In this document: positions 1-16,628 of the stretch, in pieces
Layout of the letters: each line of letters opens with the position of its first letter
How positions within the stretch are numbered: position 1 is the stretch's first letter
Origin: Callorhinchus milii
Taxonomy: Eukaryota
NCBI RefSeq assembly: GCF_018977255.1
Contig: NW_024704754.1
Location: 4,712,001-4,776,000 of the forward strand
Length of the DNA: 64,000 nucleotides
Direction: 5' to 3'
Position numbers and translations under genes: made by a program
Notes under the pieces: model-generated
The model's database searches: none
What the model was told of the DNA's origin: nothing
What the model saw: only the letters and a program-made list of their open reading frames with translations

Positions 1-83
1 AAAGGTAGAGACCTATCTTTTGAAGATAGAAACCAGCTACAGTTGCTTTGTGTGTCACCAGTTGTGAATTACACAAATAAACA

Positions 84-350
84 GGAGTCCTGTAGCTCAG
101 TGGTTAGAGCACTCGCCTCACAAGCGAAAGAACCTGGGTTCAACTCCCGGGCAGGGTGAAATGTTGGGCAAGTTTCCTTACACTACATGCCTCTGTTTAC
201 CTAGCAGTAAGTAGGAACCCGGTTGTTAGTCGATTGGCAGATTGCTTTTCCAGGGGTAATAAATGCTTCAAATAAATAATAAAAATTTGGTCACTCAAAT
301 CACGACTGTTTGTGGGACACTGCTGTGCACAATTGGCTGCCGTGTTTCAC
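84..350 (+). mobile_element. tRNA-derived SINE, older long subfamily, 3'-truncated
   Basis: Head GGAGTCCTGTAGCTCAGTGGTTAGAGC with Pol III A box and B box (GGTTCAACTCCC), followed by a Deu-domain-like tgtttgtgggacactgctgtgcacaattggctgcc. Confidence 0.85.
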
Positions 351-629
351 AACAGTAACAACAACAACAAAATTACATTTGTATAGCACCTTTCACGTCG
401 GGAAGATGTCCCATGGCGCTGGACAATCTCGCTTGCTCCAGGACCCAATATAAATCAACAGCTCCAGACACAATGAAGACATAAAATTAGAAGGAAAGGA
501 GTCATTGCTCAGAGGAAAAACACAGTGAGCTTCAGATTAATCTACAGGGTGTCCACAAAGTCCTGTTATCACTCTGTTACAAAACACTAATATGGGACTA
601 GAGAAGAACTGAAACAAGAGTTGCATTTC

Positions 630-1090
630 GCCTCCTCACTTGGGTGTTTCGGAACCGAGCTGGGGGTCGGGATCGAAGAGGGTTGAGGGCAGGGGGAGAA
701 GGAGGGTGACCGAAGGCACGGTCGAAGAGGAGGCTCTTGAGACGGGTCTTGAAGGAGGCAAGGGAGGAGGCGAGGCAGAGGGACTGCGAGATGCAGTTCC
801 AGAGGGTAGGCGCAGAGTGGCTGAAGACCTGTCTGCCAATGGTGGGGCAGGCGAGGCGGACATGAAGAAGGCTGGATCCCGTTGAGCGGAGGGAGCGAGC
901 AGGTTGGTAGTGGGTTAGGAGGTTGGAGAGGTAGGGGGGAGCAAGGCCATGGAGGGCTTTGAAAGTGAGGACCAGGATCTTGAACTGTACCCTCTGTGTG
1001 ATGGGAAGCCAGTGGAGTCAGACGAGAATGGGGGTGATAGGGTCACGGAGCCTGGTGCGGGAGAGGACACGGGCTGCAGTGTTTTGCAAC
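630..1090 (-). mobile_element. L2-clade LINE 3' fragment
   Basis: Minus strand reads as an L2 ORF2 C-terminus/3'UTR (ctctggaactgcatc..ccttcaagacccgtctcaagagcc). It is homologous to copies at 1508-1745, 13590-13910, 23110-23410 and 27385-27790. Confidence 0.8.
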
Positions 1091-1882
1091 GACTCATTCC
1101 AGGACCTTTTCGCCCACAAAATATACATTCAATTCACTTTACAGTATATTCTGTGAAGCGCTTTGAGTCGTCTCGAAGATGTGATAAGGCGCTGTATCAA
1201 ATGCAAGGATTATTATGAATCAGTTTTGGTTTGGTTACAGCTCAGGTTATTAGATCTTGGAACGAAACAGAATTCATGACCGCATTTAAAATTAGACAAA
1301 TTCAGAAAGACGGCAAAGGCACAATGGGCAAATAGGCATGCTGTGCTGTAAAGTTTTATGGTTATAATTTTCCAAGTCTGAGCAGTGAGATCAGGAACCT
1401 TGGGTCAGGTTGTCCGCACCCCAGCTCAATCACGATACAATGGAGTGTGGTGCCTTATCACATCAAGTAGAAATAGGAATAGAGCGAGATGTTATTTTAC
1501 AAACAAGGACAACAACAACAACAAAATTACATTTGTAAAGCGCCTTTCAAGTCAGAAGGACTTCCCAAGGCTTTGGACAGTCTAAGACGGACCTGAGCTG
1601 GGAGGCAGAGTCGGGGAGTTTGGAGGCTATGGGAGAAAGCAGGGAGATGGAAAGCGCCGTCGAAGAGAAGGGTCTTGAGATGGGTCTTGAAGGTGGCAAG
1701 GGTAGGGACGAGGCAGTGGGACTGCGGGATGGAGTTCCAGAGGGTGAGGATGAGTTGTAAATGCCGTTTTCCAGTCCCGTGAACAAAGCATTTCTGCCGG
1801 GGTTTGTGAGTTTAAAAGGACTGTTTGTTCTCTTGGCCCTTTCTCCTGACCAGTTTGAGCCATTTCATTGTCTGCGTTGCAG

Positions 1883-5018
<3,136 letters not shown>

Positions 5019-8000
5019 CTTTTTTTGTCTCTTAATTTATTTTGAAGCTAAACAGATCTTTATATCTTATATGAATTCAGCATTGCCTTTAAGAAACTTT
5101 TATGCCTCAGCACCTTATTCTGGGCACTGGGAGCATGCCTTTACCCACCACACTTACAAAATCGCCTCCTTCTGATATGAAAGGCGCTATATAAACGCCA
5201 TTTGTTGTTGAATTTCTTTACAGAATTCTCTCCGTCACAAGAATTTATCTTCAACTCAGGCTTTTTTCTCTGGATCCAGGGACCAACTGCATTTGTCAAG
5301 CATACACCAGCTATTGTTGTACTCTTTATCTTTTAATTTCTCTTTAAAAGTTTTCTAAAGAGCGAGTGGGAGGGAAGGATGGTTGGTGAGTGCAAGTGTG
5401 TGTATGAGAGAGATTGCAAGATGAGATTATATTTCATTGAATAGAATTTGCACCTGTACTTGAAGGCCAAAATTTGCTCCTGCACTTGAAGGCCAAAACA
5501 CACACCGGGCATTAATCTCAGGCACAGAATTTGCATCCGAGTGGTGCAGTGTTGAGTAAACGTCTCACCGTTTAACCTGCTGATAAATAGTGGTCATTTA
5601 TTAATCTTTTTGTGAGAGAATCTCAGTGAAAGCTGAGACAGATCTACAGAGGAAACTGACGTGGCTCAAAGTGACGTGAGGGTGACCAAAAATAATCATG
5701 GTGGTGGGGGAAAGAACAATGAAGATTTTGCTTTTTTCAAAAAAAAAAAGCAACAGTGAAGGGCATAAAATGAACATTATTTTTACTGTGGTAAAGCCAG
5801 CAACAAGCTGCCGGGTTTATATATTTTTCGGAAACCGCAATTAGCCTGTTGGCAGTGAGTGGAAATAACTAAAGTAATCAAATGTTCTTGGTGTGTAGGT
5901 TTATTTTATATGTAAAAGAGAAATGGCAGTGATTTAAACAGTATTGAGATTTCACTGTGAATTGTGACATACATTGTGGTTATTTCTGTTCATGTGTTTG
6001 CTCAAGCATAATTACAACAACATATCAAGCATCGGTTGGTACCCAGGTGTTCCCGGCGTCATGCTCAAGCACTGTCAAGCGCTCTGGTACTCTACCCTGC
6101 ATGAAGGGCACTATATAAATGCAAGTTGTTCTTGTTGTTTCACCGATGCTCAGCTTCTTCATGCTATTATGAGCCAAATCCTGTGAATGTACAATATGAA
6201 TCTGGAACAATTTTGTATTTTTTTTAAAAAATTATAAATATAATTTATTGCACTTTTTTAAAATCCGCAGATTCGGTGTTTAATTTGTTTGCTATTGAAT
6301 CATTAGTTTGTAATAACCTCATGTATATTTACCTCACATGCACAGTATTGGAAGCAAGCGTGCTTTTATTAGAGGAAAGAAATTAGACATTCATTCCCAC
6401 ACACAGCTTTCAAAAATATCATTCCTCTTCAGCTAACGTGTCAACTATAGGCGAGTAGCAGCAACTGTCCGTGCGTGTAGTTTGATATAAAAACACAAGT
6501 TCTTGCTTAGTTGCTTCCAACATGTAATGGAGTTGGCAGTGTTGGATTGGGGGTGGTTTCATGGCCACTATTACCCACTCGGGTGAGCTAACCTTGGTCA
6601 GTCACATAAGGTGTCGGGAGCTTCACCGTAACCAAGGAAAGAAAACAGAATCTTGATGGGTGTTACTCTGAGGGTCCAACGTTAAGTGGGAAAGATCATT
6701 TCTTGTGTACACTGGAGAAGGTCGGGTATCCACACCCAATGGACTTTTTTGCAGTTAGTGGATGGCGGTCCTAAGATCCTGTGGGAGCAAGTATGTTCAG
6801 ATCTCGGAGGCCTATAGTGTGTGTACGGGAGAAGAACGGGATTTTCCCTTCAGGCCTGGATACATCCACTGTGGGTGGTTTGCAGTTTGCTGGCACTATT
6901 GGCATCGGCTCAGCGGGCAGCTGGGCAAAACTGACGCCCACAGCAGGGGACTTCTCAGCAGCTTGACACATCTGAGCAGTGGAGAAACCTGGCCAAGAAG
7001 ACAACAAATTGAAGAAACACAACTCATTCATACACATATACATCACCCATGTACACCCAGCCCCCCACACAAGAACTCAACACCCACATAGACACCCACA
7101 ATGCCACACACCCGCGCACTCAGAATTCACACGGCAAGTAACAAAGAAAGTTAAATTCCCAAACTGGAAATAATGCTATAAAATAAATAATAAGTTTCAA
7201 TCAACCTTTTAGAATTTGTTTTGTAGCCCAACCAAAATGTAAAATGTTTCAAAATGGATAATTATGAACAGAAATAGTACAAACATCCCACACCTGGTTT
7301 GGGATCATTGACTGGCTTGTGGATAAAAGGCCACCAGTTTTGAGACCCGGAGCTTTCCTGTTCATGGGCAGTGGCAGCTATTAAGGTCCTGTTGCTGATT
7401 TCTGAGGTGGAAGCACTATGACTGAGCCAAGATCTGTAATCGACACCAAAAGTAATCGATATTCTCACCCAAACAACGACATAGATCCTGATTGATTATT
7501 ATTTGTTCGTAACACAGGTTTAAGTTACCTTCAGTAATAAAGAGACTTGAGATCATAAATGTCAAGTTTCACTTACAAAATACACAATCTATTTTACTGT
7601 ATACCCTGTGAAGCGCGTTTAAACATCTTGACAATGTAATAAGGCTCCATATCAATTCCAAGGATTATTATAATTCTAAAATTAGAATAGGTAAGGATGA
7701 ATGTTAACCCAAACACCAGTTATGAATTAATCATTTTTGGCTCATTTAGAAAAAGGCCCAAAGTTGTCATATTTGGTTCACAAGATCATGAGGGTTGGAT
7801 AATAATTTACATGACTGTAGTCAGCTTTCTGTTAGGAATACCAATATTATATGTTAACAGTGGATCAGTACGCACTGCACACTAAGCTTACTTTCAATTC
7901 CAAAGAATCTTCTTTCTTTTTTGAACGTGACCACAAGGCCTGGAATTTCCGTGGTAATGACATTGTCTTTCCAAATTACATTTTAGCCTAAAGTATTTAC

Positions 8001-10083
8001 AAAATAGACATTTAATTACCAAAGGCACAAACTAAAATCACTGAATGTGCTCAGACCACAACCACCTTAGTTGAAGACAATGAATTGTGTTTTGTTTCCA
8101 ACCACACATCTGTTCCTATCCAGAACGATCAGATTGGATCACTGTACTTGCTGCTTTGATAACCTGACACATATCTGGTGATCTCAGCACAATCCTGTTT
8201 TCTTTTAACAAAAGCTTCAAAAATGGTAATAGGCAGCTGTCTGCCATTATGACTAAAAAGTGCCACTCACTCTTGCAATCTGTCATTTGTTTATATAGTT
8301 CATGTATATTCACCCACTGTTAAATGGAACTTTAATACACTGCTTTGCTCAGCCGTCAGAGTGCAAGCAGTTGCAGCGCTAACATTCGGTGATTGATTTT
8401 TCTGGAGCTCAGGTCATTACTGTTACAAATAATATTAAACCTTTATTTCTCCCTGAATTTTAACCCTTGTTTAACCAATCGATCACTATCTGAATAATGA
8501 TGGTGAAAGCTGAGGATTTCAGTCCCCTGAAAACCTAACAACTTTGTTCCAGACCTCGCTTTTCTACTTGACTACTACATTCACTTACAATTATAGTCAG
8601 TATACTTTACAGTCAATCCGATTTGAGACACTTTGACCACATAAATTGCTGTATCAAACACAAGGATTATTATGCTTGCTTAATTGAAACAAGTCAAACT
8701 CTCAAGGGTGACTACAAAAAGGACTACATCCACATCTGTAATGAATTCAGAAGCACACAAAATCAAGCTATGGACATGAAACAGCACTGGTGATCACAAG
8801 CACCATCAAAACAAACTCACATGAAAGAGTACGTTCCACCCATCCCTGTATGTGTTGTGCTGCAGACAGATGGGACTGGACTATGATGGGACTTTGAGAG
8901 GCCGTCCGCATTTGAAGAGTTCCATTCATTCTGATTTCAACCATTTTAGCGATGAACATAATTGCAGCAACACTGAACATTCCAGTGAATCTGTGTTCAT
9001 TTCCATTCTCCCCCCTTCCCCCATTGCACCGAGCAATTAAAGGGAAAATACAGAATTCAATTTTGCTGGCCATTGCTGAATCATCACATTTAACCACACA
9101 ATGAGAGTAACAAGCAGCACAAAAGCAAACACTTTTTTTAAAAAAGGGGGACAGAAAATGTAACTAACATAACCGATGATGTGGTGTCCTTCCTAAGCAA
9201 AAACAATAAATATCAGAAGTTGTTTTGCCACCATGTAAACACTGTAGTATTTTTCAAAAGACTAAAAACTCAAAAATAGAAACTGCAACATTTATAGTAA
9301 AGAAGCTTGTGTCTGGAGAGGAAAGACAGCAAGTCTGGTTTTACTGTACAACGGAATAGCTCGACAACTCGAGATCATCTCGACCCCACCATTATAAATG
9401 AAAACAGGACAAAATATGCCAATATGCACCTGCATAGAGTAATGAGCAGGAACAGAAACCATAGATTAAAATGAAGTTGTCACAAAATAATGTGCAAGAG
9501 TTTATTTAATATACATTAGACAATTACCAGACAGACAAATACAGATGGCTAACTAGTACCACACTGTTATATACTTGCATACTAATGTACAAACCTATCT
9601 CTTATCTTCACATCAACTGATGCACATTCTTGTCACACCTTCTTGCTGTTAGTATTTCCTAACAAAGCAACGTAGAAGGCGACTTTAATGCTGGTTAATG
9701 ACTATAAATAGAATGCTCAGGTTTCTTTGCGAGTCTATATTTTATTTAGCAGTCGGTCTTAAAACTCCAAAATACTGAGGAATTCTGGGGGGGTGGGGTT
9801 AGGTATAGAATAGCCAAATAAGGAGGTCTACAAGAATATTAAACCATTTTTGGTGCAAATATGCATTATGGGAGGTTCCAATTACCAGGACTGGTTTGGA
9901 TTCCATAAACAACACAGGCTGAAATTTCCCCTCCTCCTACCTCCCACATCAAAATAAATCTACAAATCAAATTGTCGTCAAATTAATTACAACCAAACAG
10001 CGTCTCATATGATGAGCAACAAATTACTTTTGTAGGCTACTTAAGCAGTGGGTGCACACAGCCAACAGCACATCTCAATGACA

Positions 10084-13000
10084 CTAAAATCCTGTTGGAG
10101 CAAACACATTCACATCTCTAGGATTTACACTGCGAGTGTGTTTGGGACGCCTGTTTAGTCCTTCTGGTATTGGCATGTCCATCTTGGGTGGCTTGATGTT
10201 GGTATAGTTTTCTGCCATCTTGGCAGCAATGCCCTGAGTACGCATTATGTCCATAGGAGAGGGTTTGGGGCCGCCTTTGTACGACTGAAGAGTAAAGCCA
10301 CCTGCCCACAAAATATATTGATTAGCAAATAGCATAACACCAACAATCTAATGCAACAGTACTTAATTGTGAACAAAATAAACTGCATAAATCAGGTGGA
10401 CTTCAGTCAATCAAAAGAAACTGTGATATAATTTGCATATAATCCAAAACAAGTATAAAATTAAAGATGCATACAATTAGATGCCTTAACAGAAAATTAG
10501 CGCAATAAAGGGATGAGGGGAAGATAAGAGTAGGTAGTAAAGGATGAGTTTCAGTGAATTGAATTCTCTTTGGTCACCCTCAATATTTCTTATGTACATT
10601 CTATTTTATTAACCTTCCCACCTGGCTCAGCAGCTTTGTGACTCTGGCTACGTAAAAATGACTTGCATCTTTCAGCTGCACCTCCTTCAAATCGAGTGAA
10701 ATCTCCTTCCACACTTCTAGTAGCAAAATCAGCCCCCTGGCCAAGCAAAGGTCTGAAACATTAAAAAAGAACAATATTTTTCAGATCTGTGTTCAGGTGA
10801 AATAATTAATCTATTTCTGTGTTTAGGTGTTAGAACTTAGGAAAGAAAATGTAATGAAATGGTTAATCACAAAACCATGTTTAAAATGTTCCACAGAAGC
10901 CTATGAACTGTTGTTCTAATGAAGGGCCATGTCCATGTTAATCTCTCTTTTCCAGATGTTAACTGATCAACTGTATATTTCCAGCCGTTGAGTTTTAATC
11001 TCATGGCTCTCAAACTACTTTACTTTCAATCAATTTAACTGGAATAGCTACTGTTATTTGAGGCATCTTCCTCCATTTCTCTTCATTCTCTAATCAATCA
11101 TTTGCTCGTCTCCCCCCTACCTTAAAGAGCATCCTGTCTTGCACCATTGGTCAGGACACTGGGATAGAAGGCAGCTTATGTATTTTTCTCAGCTAACTTG
11201 TATCCTTCCCCCTTTCCCAGGACCTTTATATTATGCCTCAAGCCATCTGTAATTTAACTTTCATTCCTTAATACAGAGTCCTTAGAGAGCCTGGAAAACA
11301 ACAGCAGTATTCAAGGCATTTTGTACAGCAACTGGATACCAACTGCCAATGTCAAATCATTTTGCTCACAAACTGAAATTACGTTTGCTACAAACTCAAC
11401 TGATGTATGTTTCATGGCTAACAATACAAGTTGTGTAAAATCATAGCCTTGTGAGCAATGTCCACAAATATTTACATACCTTCGCTTGGGTATTGGTGAG
11501 GGCTGGGGAGTGACGTTGGGGGTTGACTGGGCTGATAAAGATTTCTGCTTATCGTCTCTAGGTGCATCCAAACTCTGGCCTTTAAACTTCTGTTTTTTTG
11601 AAAAACATATTAAAGCTACTGATCCAGGCTGTAACAATTCAGTATAATATTAATACGCACTGGCTCAGCTCAATTTGTACCATGATTCCTTATATTGCAA
11701 ATTTCAAAGCAATCAAGGTTTTTTTCCCATAAATAAAGGTTTATAAAAAGTCCTTGGTGTAGTGCAAACTGTAGTTTCAATGACAAGACTACTACAGTGA
11801 AAATTCACACCAGTCCACCTGGCATTAAGCAACGTTGTTAGAGAACAATACAAGGAGTTTTATTTTGCACATAAGGTGCCAACTTGATGCTTGAATCAGG
11901 ATCATTTTGGTTCATTAGCACTACAATATGCTGAGAACACACTCAGTATATCAGTATATTTAGTCCGAAGATTAAGAATGAAAATGCTACATTATTTAAC
12001 TCAGAGCTTTGCAATCTTTTCATTTAAAAAATAAATTAATATTTAGCATGTAATGTCATTCCTCTCCAAAATTTGTTCTCACCTGTAATGCTTCCCCTAC
12101 CCGGTGGTAACTGGCTTCCTCTGCGATCAAGCCTTTATGTGGTTGGTAACCTGCATCTGTCAGGCCTGCTTGCTTCTCAAACCGCTGTATGCTTTCCTGT
12201 GTCTGCTCTGGAAATTCAAACAGTGGAATTGTGTAAAACCCATTAAGGAACTTGCCTGCATCGTAGCATCTTAATACACATTTTATAGAAAGAAAACGTA
12301 CATGTTATTGTTCAATAACGAAATTTACAGTCACTTAACATCAATACGTGCTCTTTGCCATCTAAATTAAATTGTTTTGTATTCCAATATAAAGAAAATA
12401 TTTATACAACATGTTTGTATACAGTAACATCTATACACAATTTCTATTTAAATGAAACATGCATTCTGTAGATATGAATACTACTTTACTGTTAAAGTAA
12501 AACTCTATGAAAGGTTTCCCATCAGCATTGAGTCACCAGCTCAGTAAATCTCCAGGCTGCGTTTTTAAAGAGACAACTTACTTGTCATGAGTGAGCTCAT
12601 GACTGAAGTTGCTTTGGCTTTCACCACGTTGGCTTTGTTCAGGTTTCCAGCTGATGATGGAATCACAACCGAAGACACAACACCATTTTCTCCATCGTCA
12701 TCCTGCAATAAAATATGAAAAACTGTCATTCACATTTCCGCACACAAAAGTGGGTAAATGAGAAACAATACTTCACCTTGGTTATAATAATCTTTGCATT
12801 TGATATAGTGCTTTTCACATTTTCTAGATGTCTCAAAGCGCTTCACAGAATATACTGCAAAGTGAATTGACTGTATATTTTGTGGGCCAATTGCGCACAG
12901 CAGTGTCCCACAAACAGTCATGGATTGAGTGACCAAAATGTTATCTTTTTTTTCTTGAGGGATTATTATCAGGCATGTGGTGATTACAATTTAAACTAAA

Positions 13001-13559
13001 CTGTTTTGTATTCCAATATAAATATAATATAAATAATTTGGATGGTTCCACATCAATTATAATTGTATTAAAACTACATCTTATTTTACAAATGAATGCA
13101 ATAATAATTACATTCGATATATTTGAAAGTGCCTTTCACATCTCCACAACATCTCAAAGCGTTTCACAGGATTTACTGTAAAGTATAGGGATTTTATTTG
13201 TAGGCAACACAACAGCCAATTTGCATACATCAACGATCCTCAACCACTCATGAAACGAATGACCAATTGTATCTGGTTGGAAGGGCTACTGCAATTCCCA
13301 AACAGGAGCAGTTTGTTAGGCATGAAGATTTCTAGAAGGCTCAGTTCTACAATTCGTCAATAGTTTACCTTAGACAATTGTTGATATTTCCGCTCTCGGA
13401 TGACAGGTTGTTTCCACAATGTATTGGTTCCCATGTCAGCGGGCGGAGGTGTCATTGGTGATAAATCTTCCAAAGCGTCATCATAACTGAATGCTCTACG
13501 ATGCATTCCTACTGGTAAGGACATCTTTCCCAGCAAGTCACTTGAAGAATATTCAATGG
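10084..13559 (-). CDS. KIAA1191: KIAA1191 / p33MONOX homolog
   Basis: Exons (high to low) 13559-13369, 12702-12582, 12207-12083, 11589-11480, 10752-10622, 10301-10084 (TAG). Motifs GKMSLPVGMHRRAFSYDDALED..PMTPPP, VVKAKAT, KQTQESIQRFEKQAGL and a C-terminal PRDVNVFAPTGF. The true start exon is uncertain: there is an in-frame ATG at 13524, or a weak upstream phase-1 exon at 14377-14347. Confidence 0.92.
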
Positions 13560-13589
13560 CTGCAACAAACACGATCAGCGTTTATCCTC

Positions 13590-13910
13590 ATCATAAACAA
13601 CAAATTACATTTGTATCGCACCTTTCACGTCAGTAGGAGGCTCAAAGCGCTGGACAGTCAGGGATCCAGACCGGAGCTGGTGGTTGGGATCAGGAGGGGG
13701 TGAAGGGGAGGGTAGGAGTAGGAGGGTGACCGAATGCACAGTCAAAGAGGAGGGTCTTGAGACGGGTCTTGAAGGAGGCGAGGGAGGGGACAAAGTGGAG
13801 GGACTGCAGGATGGAGTTCCAGAGGGTGGGGCAGAGACTGAAGGCCCACCCGCCAATGGTGTGGCGGGGAAAGGCGGGGGACGTGAAGCCGGAGCCTGCG
13901 AAGCAGAGCC
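13590..13910 (-). mobile_element. L2-clade LINE 3' end in a KIAA1191 intron
   Basis: Tail gcgctttgag..ctgacgtgaaaggtgcgatacaaatgtaatttgttg plus the L2 3'UTR. Confidence 0.8.
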
Positions 13911-15119
13911 ATACTTCGTCCTAATTACACAATCAACCTTTGTAACTTGAAACTCATCAAGTGGCTAACAAAAGGATTAAAACTGAAACGCTGCTGAATT
14001 CACTCGGGACAATTTTGACTTATTAAAAATGTGTATAACAAGTGAAAAATCTGATTACAGGTTTTAAAGATTGGCCACGGGGCACCAAATAACTCAATTA
14101 ACCACGAAGGGTTTGTAAAACTGAGCCAAAATCACCCGCAGGGAAAGGTAGGAGAAACAAGGCAAACAAACGAGCCTAAAATTACCAGGAAAGTTAATTT
14201 GATGCCATAACAGTCAGGCACAGTTTCCCTGCGGGATTCTCCACAAGAAAATACAAATAAACCCTTCAGAATCCTCCGCCTGTTAAGAAAGTGCAAACGC
14301 ACGGGCTTTTACTTCTTATTCTTACTATCCTTTAATAATAATCCACCAGTTTCATGGAAGACACAGAAGAAAGCCATCTCGTCCCTTTTCTGCCCTCAAC
14401 GACAAAATATTTTTTTTTAACAACAACGACAACAACGCAGAGAACAGATCTGGAATAATAATAATAATAATAATCCTTGCATTTGATATAGCGCTTTTCA
14501 CGTCGAGAGGACGTCCCAAAGCGCTTCACAGAATAGACTGTAAAGTGAATTGAATTTAATTATAATAATAATAATAATAATTCCACACAAAGCAACGGCC
14601 CAACACTGACCAGACAGCCCACCCCCACCCTCAGCATCTACTATTAACGCTATTTATAATATTTATGGTAATATTTATGATAATAATACTTTGTTTATGA
14701 GGCGTTCGCTGTGACAACAACAACCCGCGCACTGGATGTTGCGCGTCGTCGCGTCGGTCGAGACGCCTCTCAACGCGCCTTCACGGGATATCACAGTGCG
14801 TTTTGTGGGCGAAACGATTAAATAATAAGAATTATAATTTTCTGTAGAGCTCTTTAATAATAATAACAACAACAACAGCAATACGGTCTACGGGAGTTCA
14901 GAGCTTTTGGGGCCGAGGATTAAACGCGGGTCGGACACTGAGGCCGATTCCTGTTGTGACCTTAAACCGACTGAGGGGGGAAACTCAAACCCCGTGTCCC
15001 CGGGGGCCGAGAGCCGGGGCCGCCCGCACGGGGAGGCCCGAAACCCAACGGGGAGCCGGGGGTGACGGGGCAGCGGAAGCCGGGCCGGCGGGAGGCCCAC
15101 CGGGAGACCGGACACTTAC

Positions 15120-15310
15120 GGTCCTGATGCGGGTGATGAAGAAGCCGCTGCGTGTCCTACGGGAGCAGCGGGGTGCACTGAGCGCGGGACGGGAGCGGGT
15201 GGGGCTGGAGCATGGTGCGGCGGAGCCGGGAGCCGGGGCTCAGGCCGCCGGGGAGGAGAGGGAGAGGAGCCTCCGGGACCGCTCCAACCCCCGTCGCGGG
15301 TGAGGCTCTC
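15120..15310 (-). other. KIAA1191: Probable non-coding first exon of KIAA1191 in a CpG island
   Basis: Consensus donor ACC|GTAAGT at 15120/15119 on the minus strand. The region is CpG-rich, with an NRF1-like TGCGCACGCGC at 15311-15332 just upstream. The TSS position is approximate. Confidence 0.6.
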
Positions 15311-15349
15311 TGCGCACGCGCGCGCGCGCGCACTCTCTCGCGCAGCCAC

Positions 15350-15665
15350 CGTTACTCCCTCCCCACGTGACCGGTACTGCCGCCTCTCCCACGTGACGGT
15401 TACGCCCTCTCCCACGTGACCGGCACCGCCCCCGTTACCGCCTCTCCCACGTGTCGGTTACTCCCTCCCCACGTGATCGGCACTGCCCCCGTTACCGCCT
15501 CTCCCACGTGATGGTTACTCCCCCCCACGTGACGGTTACTCCTTTCCCCACGTGACCGGCACGCCCCCCCCTCCCCCCCCCCGCGTTACCGCCTCTCCCA
15601 CGTGACGGTTACTCCCTTCCGCACGTGACAGTTACTCCCTTCCGCACGTGACAGTTACTCCCCTC
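15350..15665. repeat. Promoter minisatellite with 11 CACGTG E-boxes (KIAA1191 promoter)
   Basis: Degenerate units of about 21-50 bp, cctctcCCACGTGACggttactc; 11 CACGTG counted between 15364 and 15650. Confidence 0.9.
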
Positions 15666-15930
15666 CCGGCGACCATTACTCCCCTCCCCATCGCTTGGGT
15701 ACCGTTGACAGTCGGAGTGAGCCGCAGAGCCCCGGCGCTGGTGGAGAGTGTCCCAGAGCGCTGGACAGCGGCGGAGCACGAGGCTGAGCCAGGGGGGGGG
15801 GGCGGGGGGCCGGGGGGCGGGGGGCCGGGGGGCGGGGGAGGGGAGAGGGAGGGGAGGGGGTGTGAGACCGTAACCACAGTCCAAGAGGAAGATCTTCAGA
15901 CGCGACCTGAAGATGAGGAAGGAGAGGGCG

Positions 15931-16031
15931 GTGTGTGTGCACGTGTGCGCGCGTGTGCACGTGTGTGCGCGTACACGTGTGTGCGCGTGTACACGTGTGT
16001 GTGCACGTGTGTGCGTGTGCACATGTGTGCG
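15931..16031. repeat. (GT/GC/AC) alternating purine-pyrimidine repeat containing further CACGTG
   Basis: gtgtgtgtgcacgtgtgcgcgcgtgtgcacgtg...; Z-DNA-prone alternation. Confidence 0.85.
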
Positions 16032-16628
16032 CAAGGCCTGGTGGGTCCGCATTCAGCTGCCTGCGACCGGGGGTGGGGGGTGTGCGCGAGCGCCGGGTCA
16101 CTGACTGTCGGTGTCCGGCTGCCGGCCCCTGGGCCCGCGGTGACAGTCTCCCACACTCAATGACTGGCCGACTCACTCGCATCCTCCCTGACTGACTCAC
16201 TGATTTATTCCGGTGATGTTCGTTTACTCTCACGTCTGTCCCTCAGACCTTTGTAACACTTTCTTTATATTTGCAGGAAGGGGGGTCTCCTTTTTCTGGT
16301 TTGATAACAACAACAAAGTTACATTTATGCTCCCGAGGTGTTGGGACTGTTAAGGGTTTATGTCTGAGCCGGGGGTTGCAATCAAGAGGGCTGGAGAGGA
16401 GGGTTGGCTGAAAGCGTGGGTAAAAGGAGGAGCGTTTCACCCACAAAATCTACAGGCAATTCGCTTTACAGTATATTCTGTGAAGCGCTTTGAGACGTCT
16501 CAAAGACCTGATATCAAATGCAAGGATTATTATAATTATCAAGTCTTGAGACGGGTTAAGTTTTAGAGTAACGTGTGTGCGCGTGCGTGTGTGTGTTTTT
16601 TTTTAAAAAAAGTTTACCCAGCAAATAA

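Noticed and set aside
84-160. tRNA gene (also at 16629, 25790-25864, 43445-43519, 56480-56553, 60895-60970, 62138)
   Set aside because: Each tRNA-like stretch continues into the same SINE body, so these are SINE heads.
6762-7173. Overlapping ORFs between SIMC1 and KIAA1191
   Set aside because: There are no recognisable domains or consistent splice chain. The region is probably UTR or decayed repeat.
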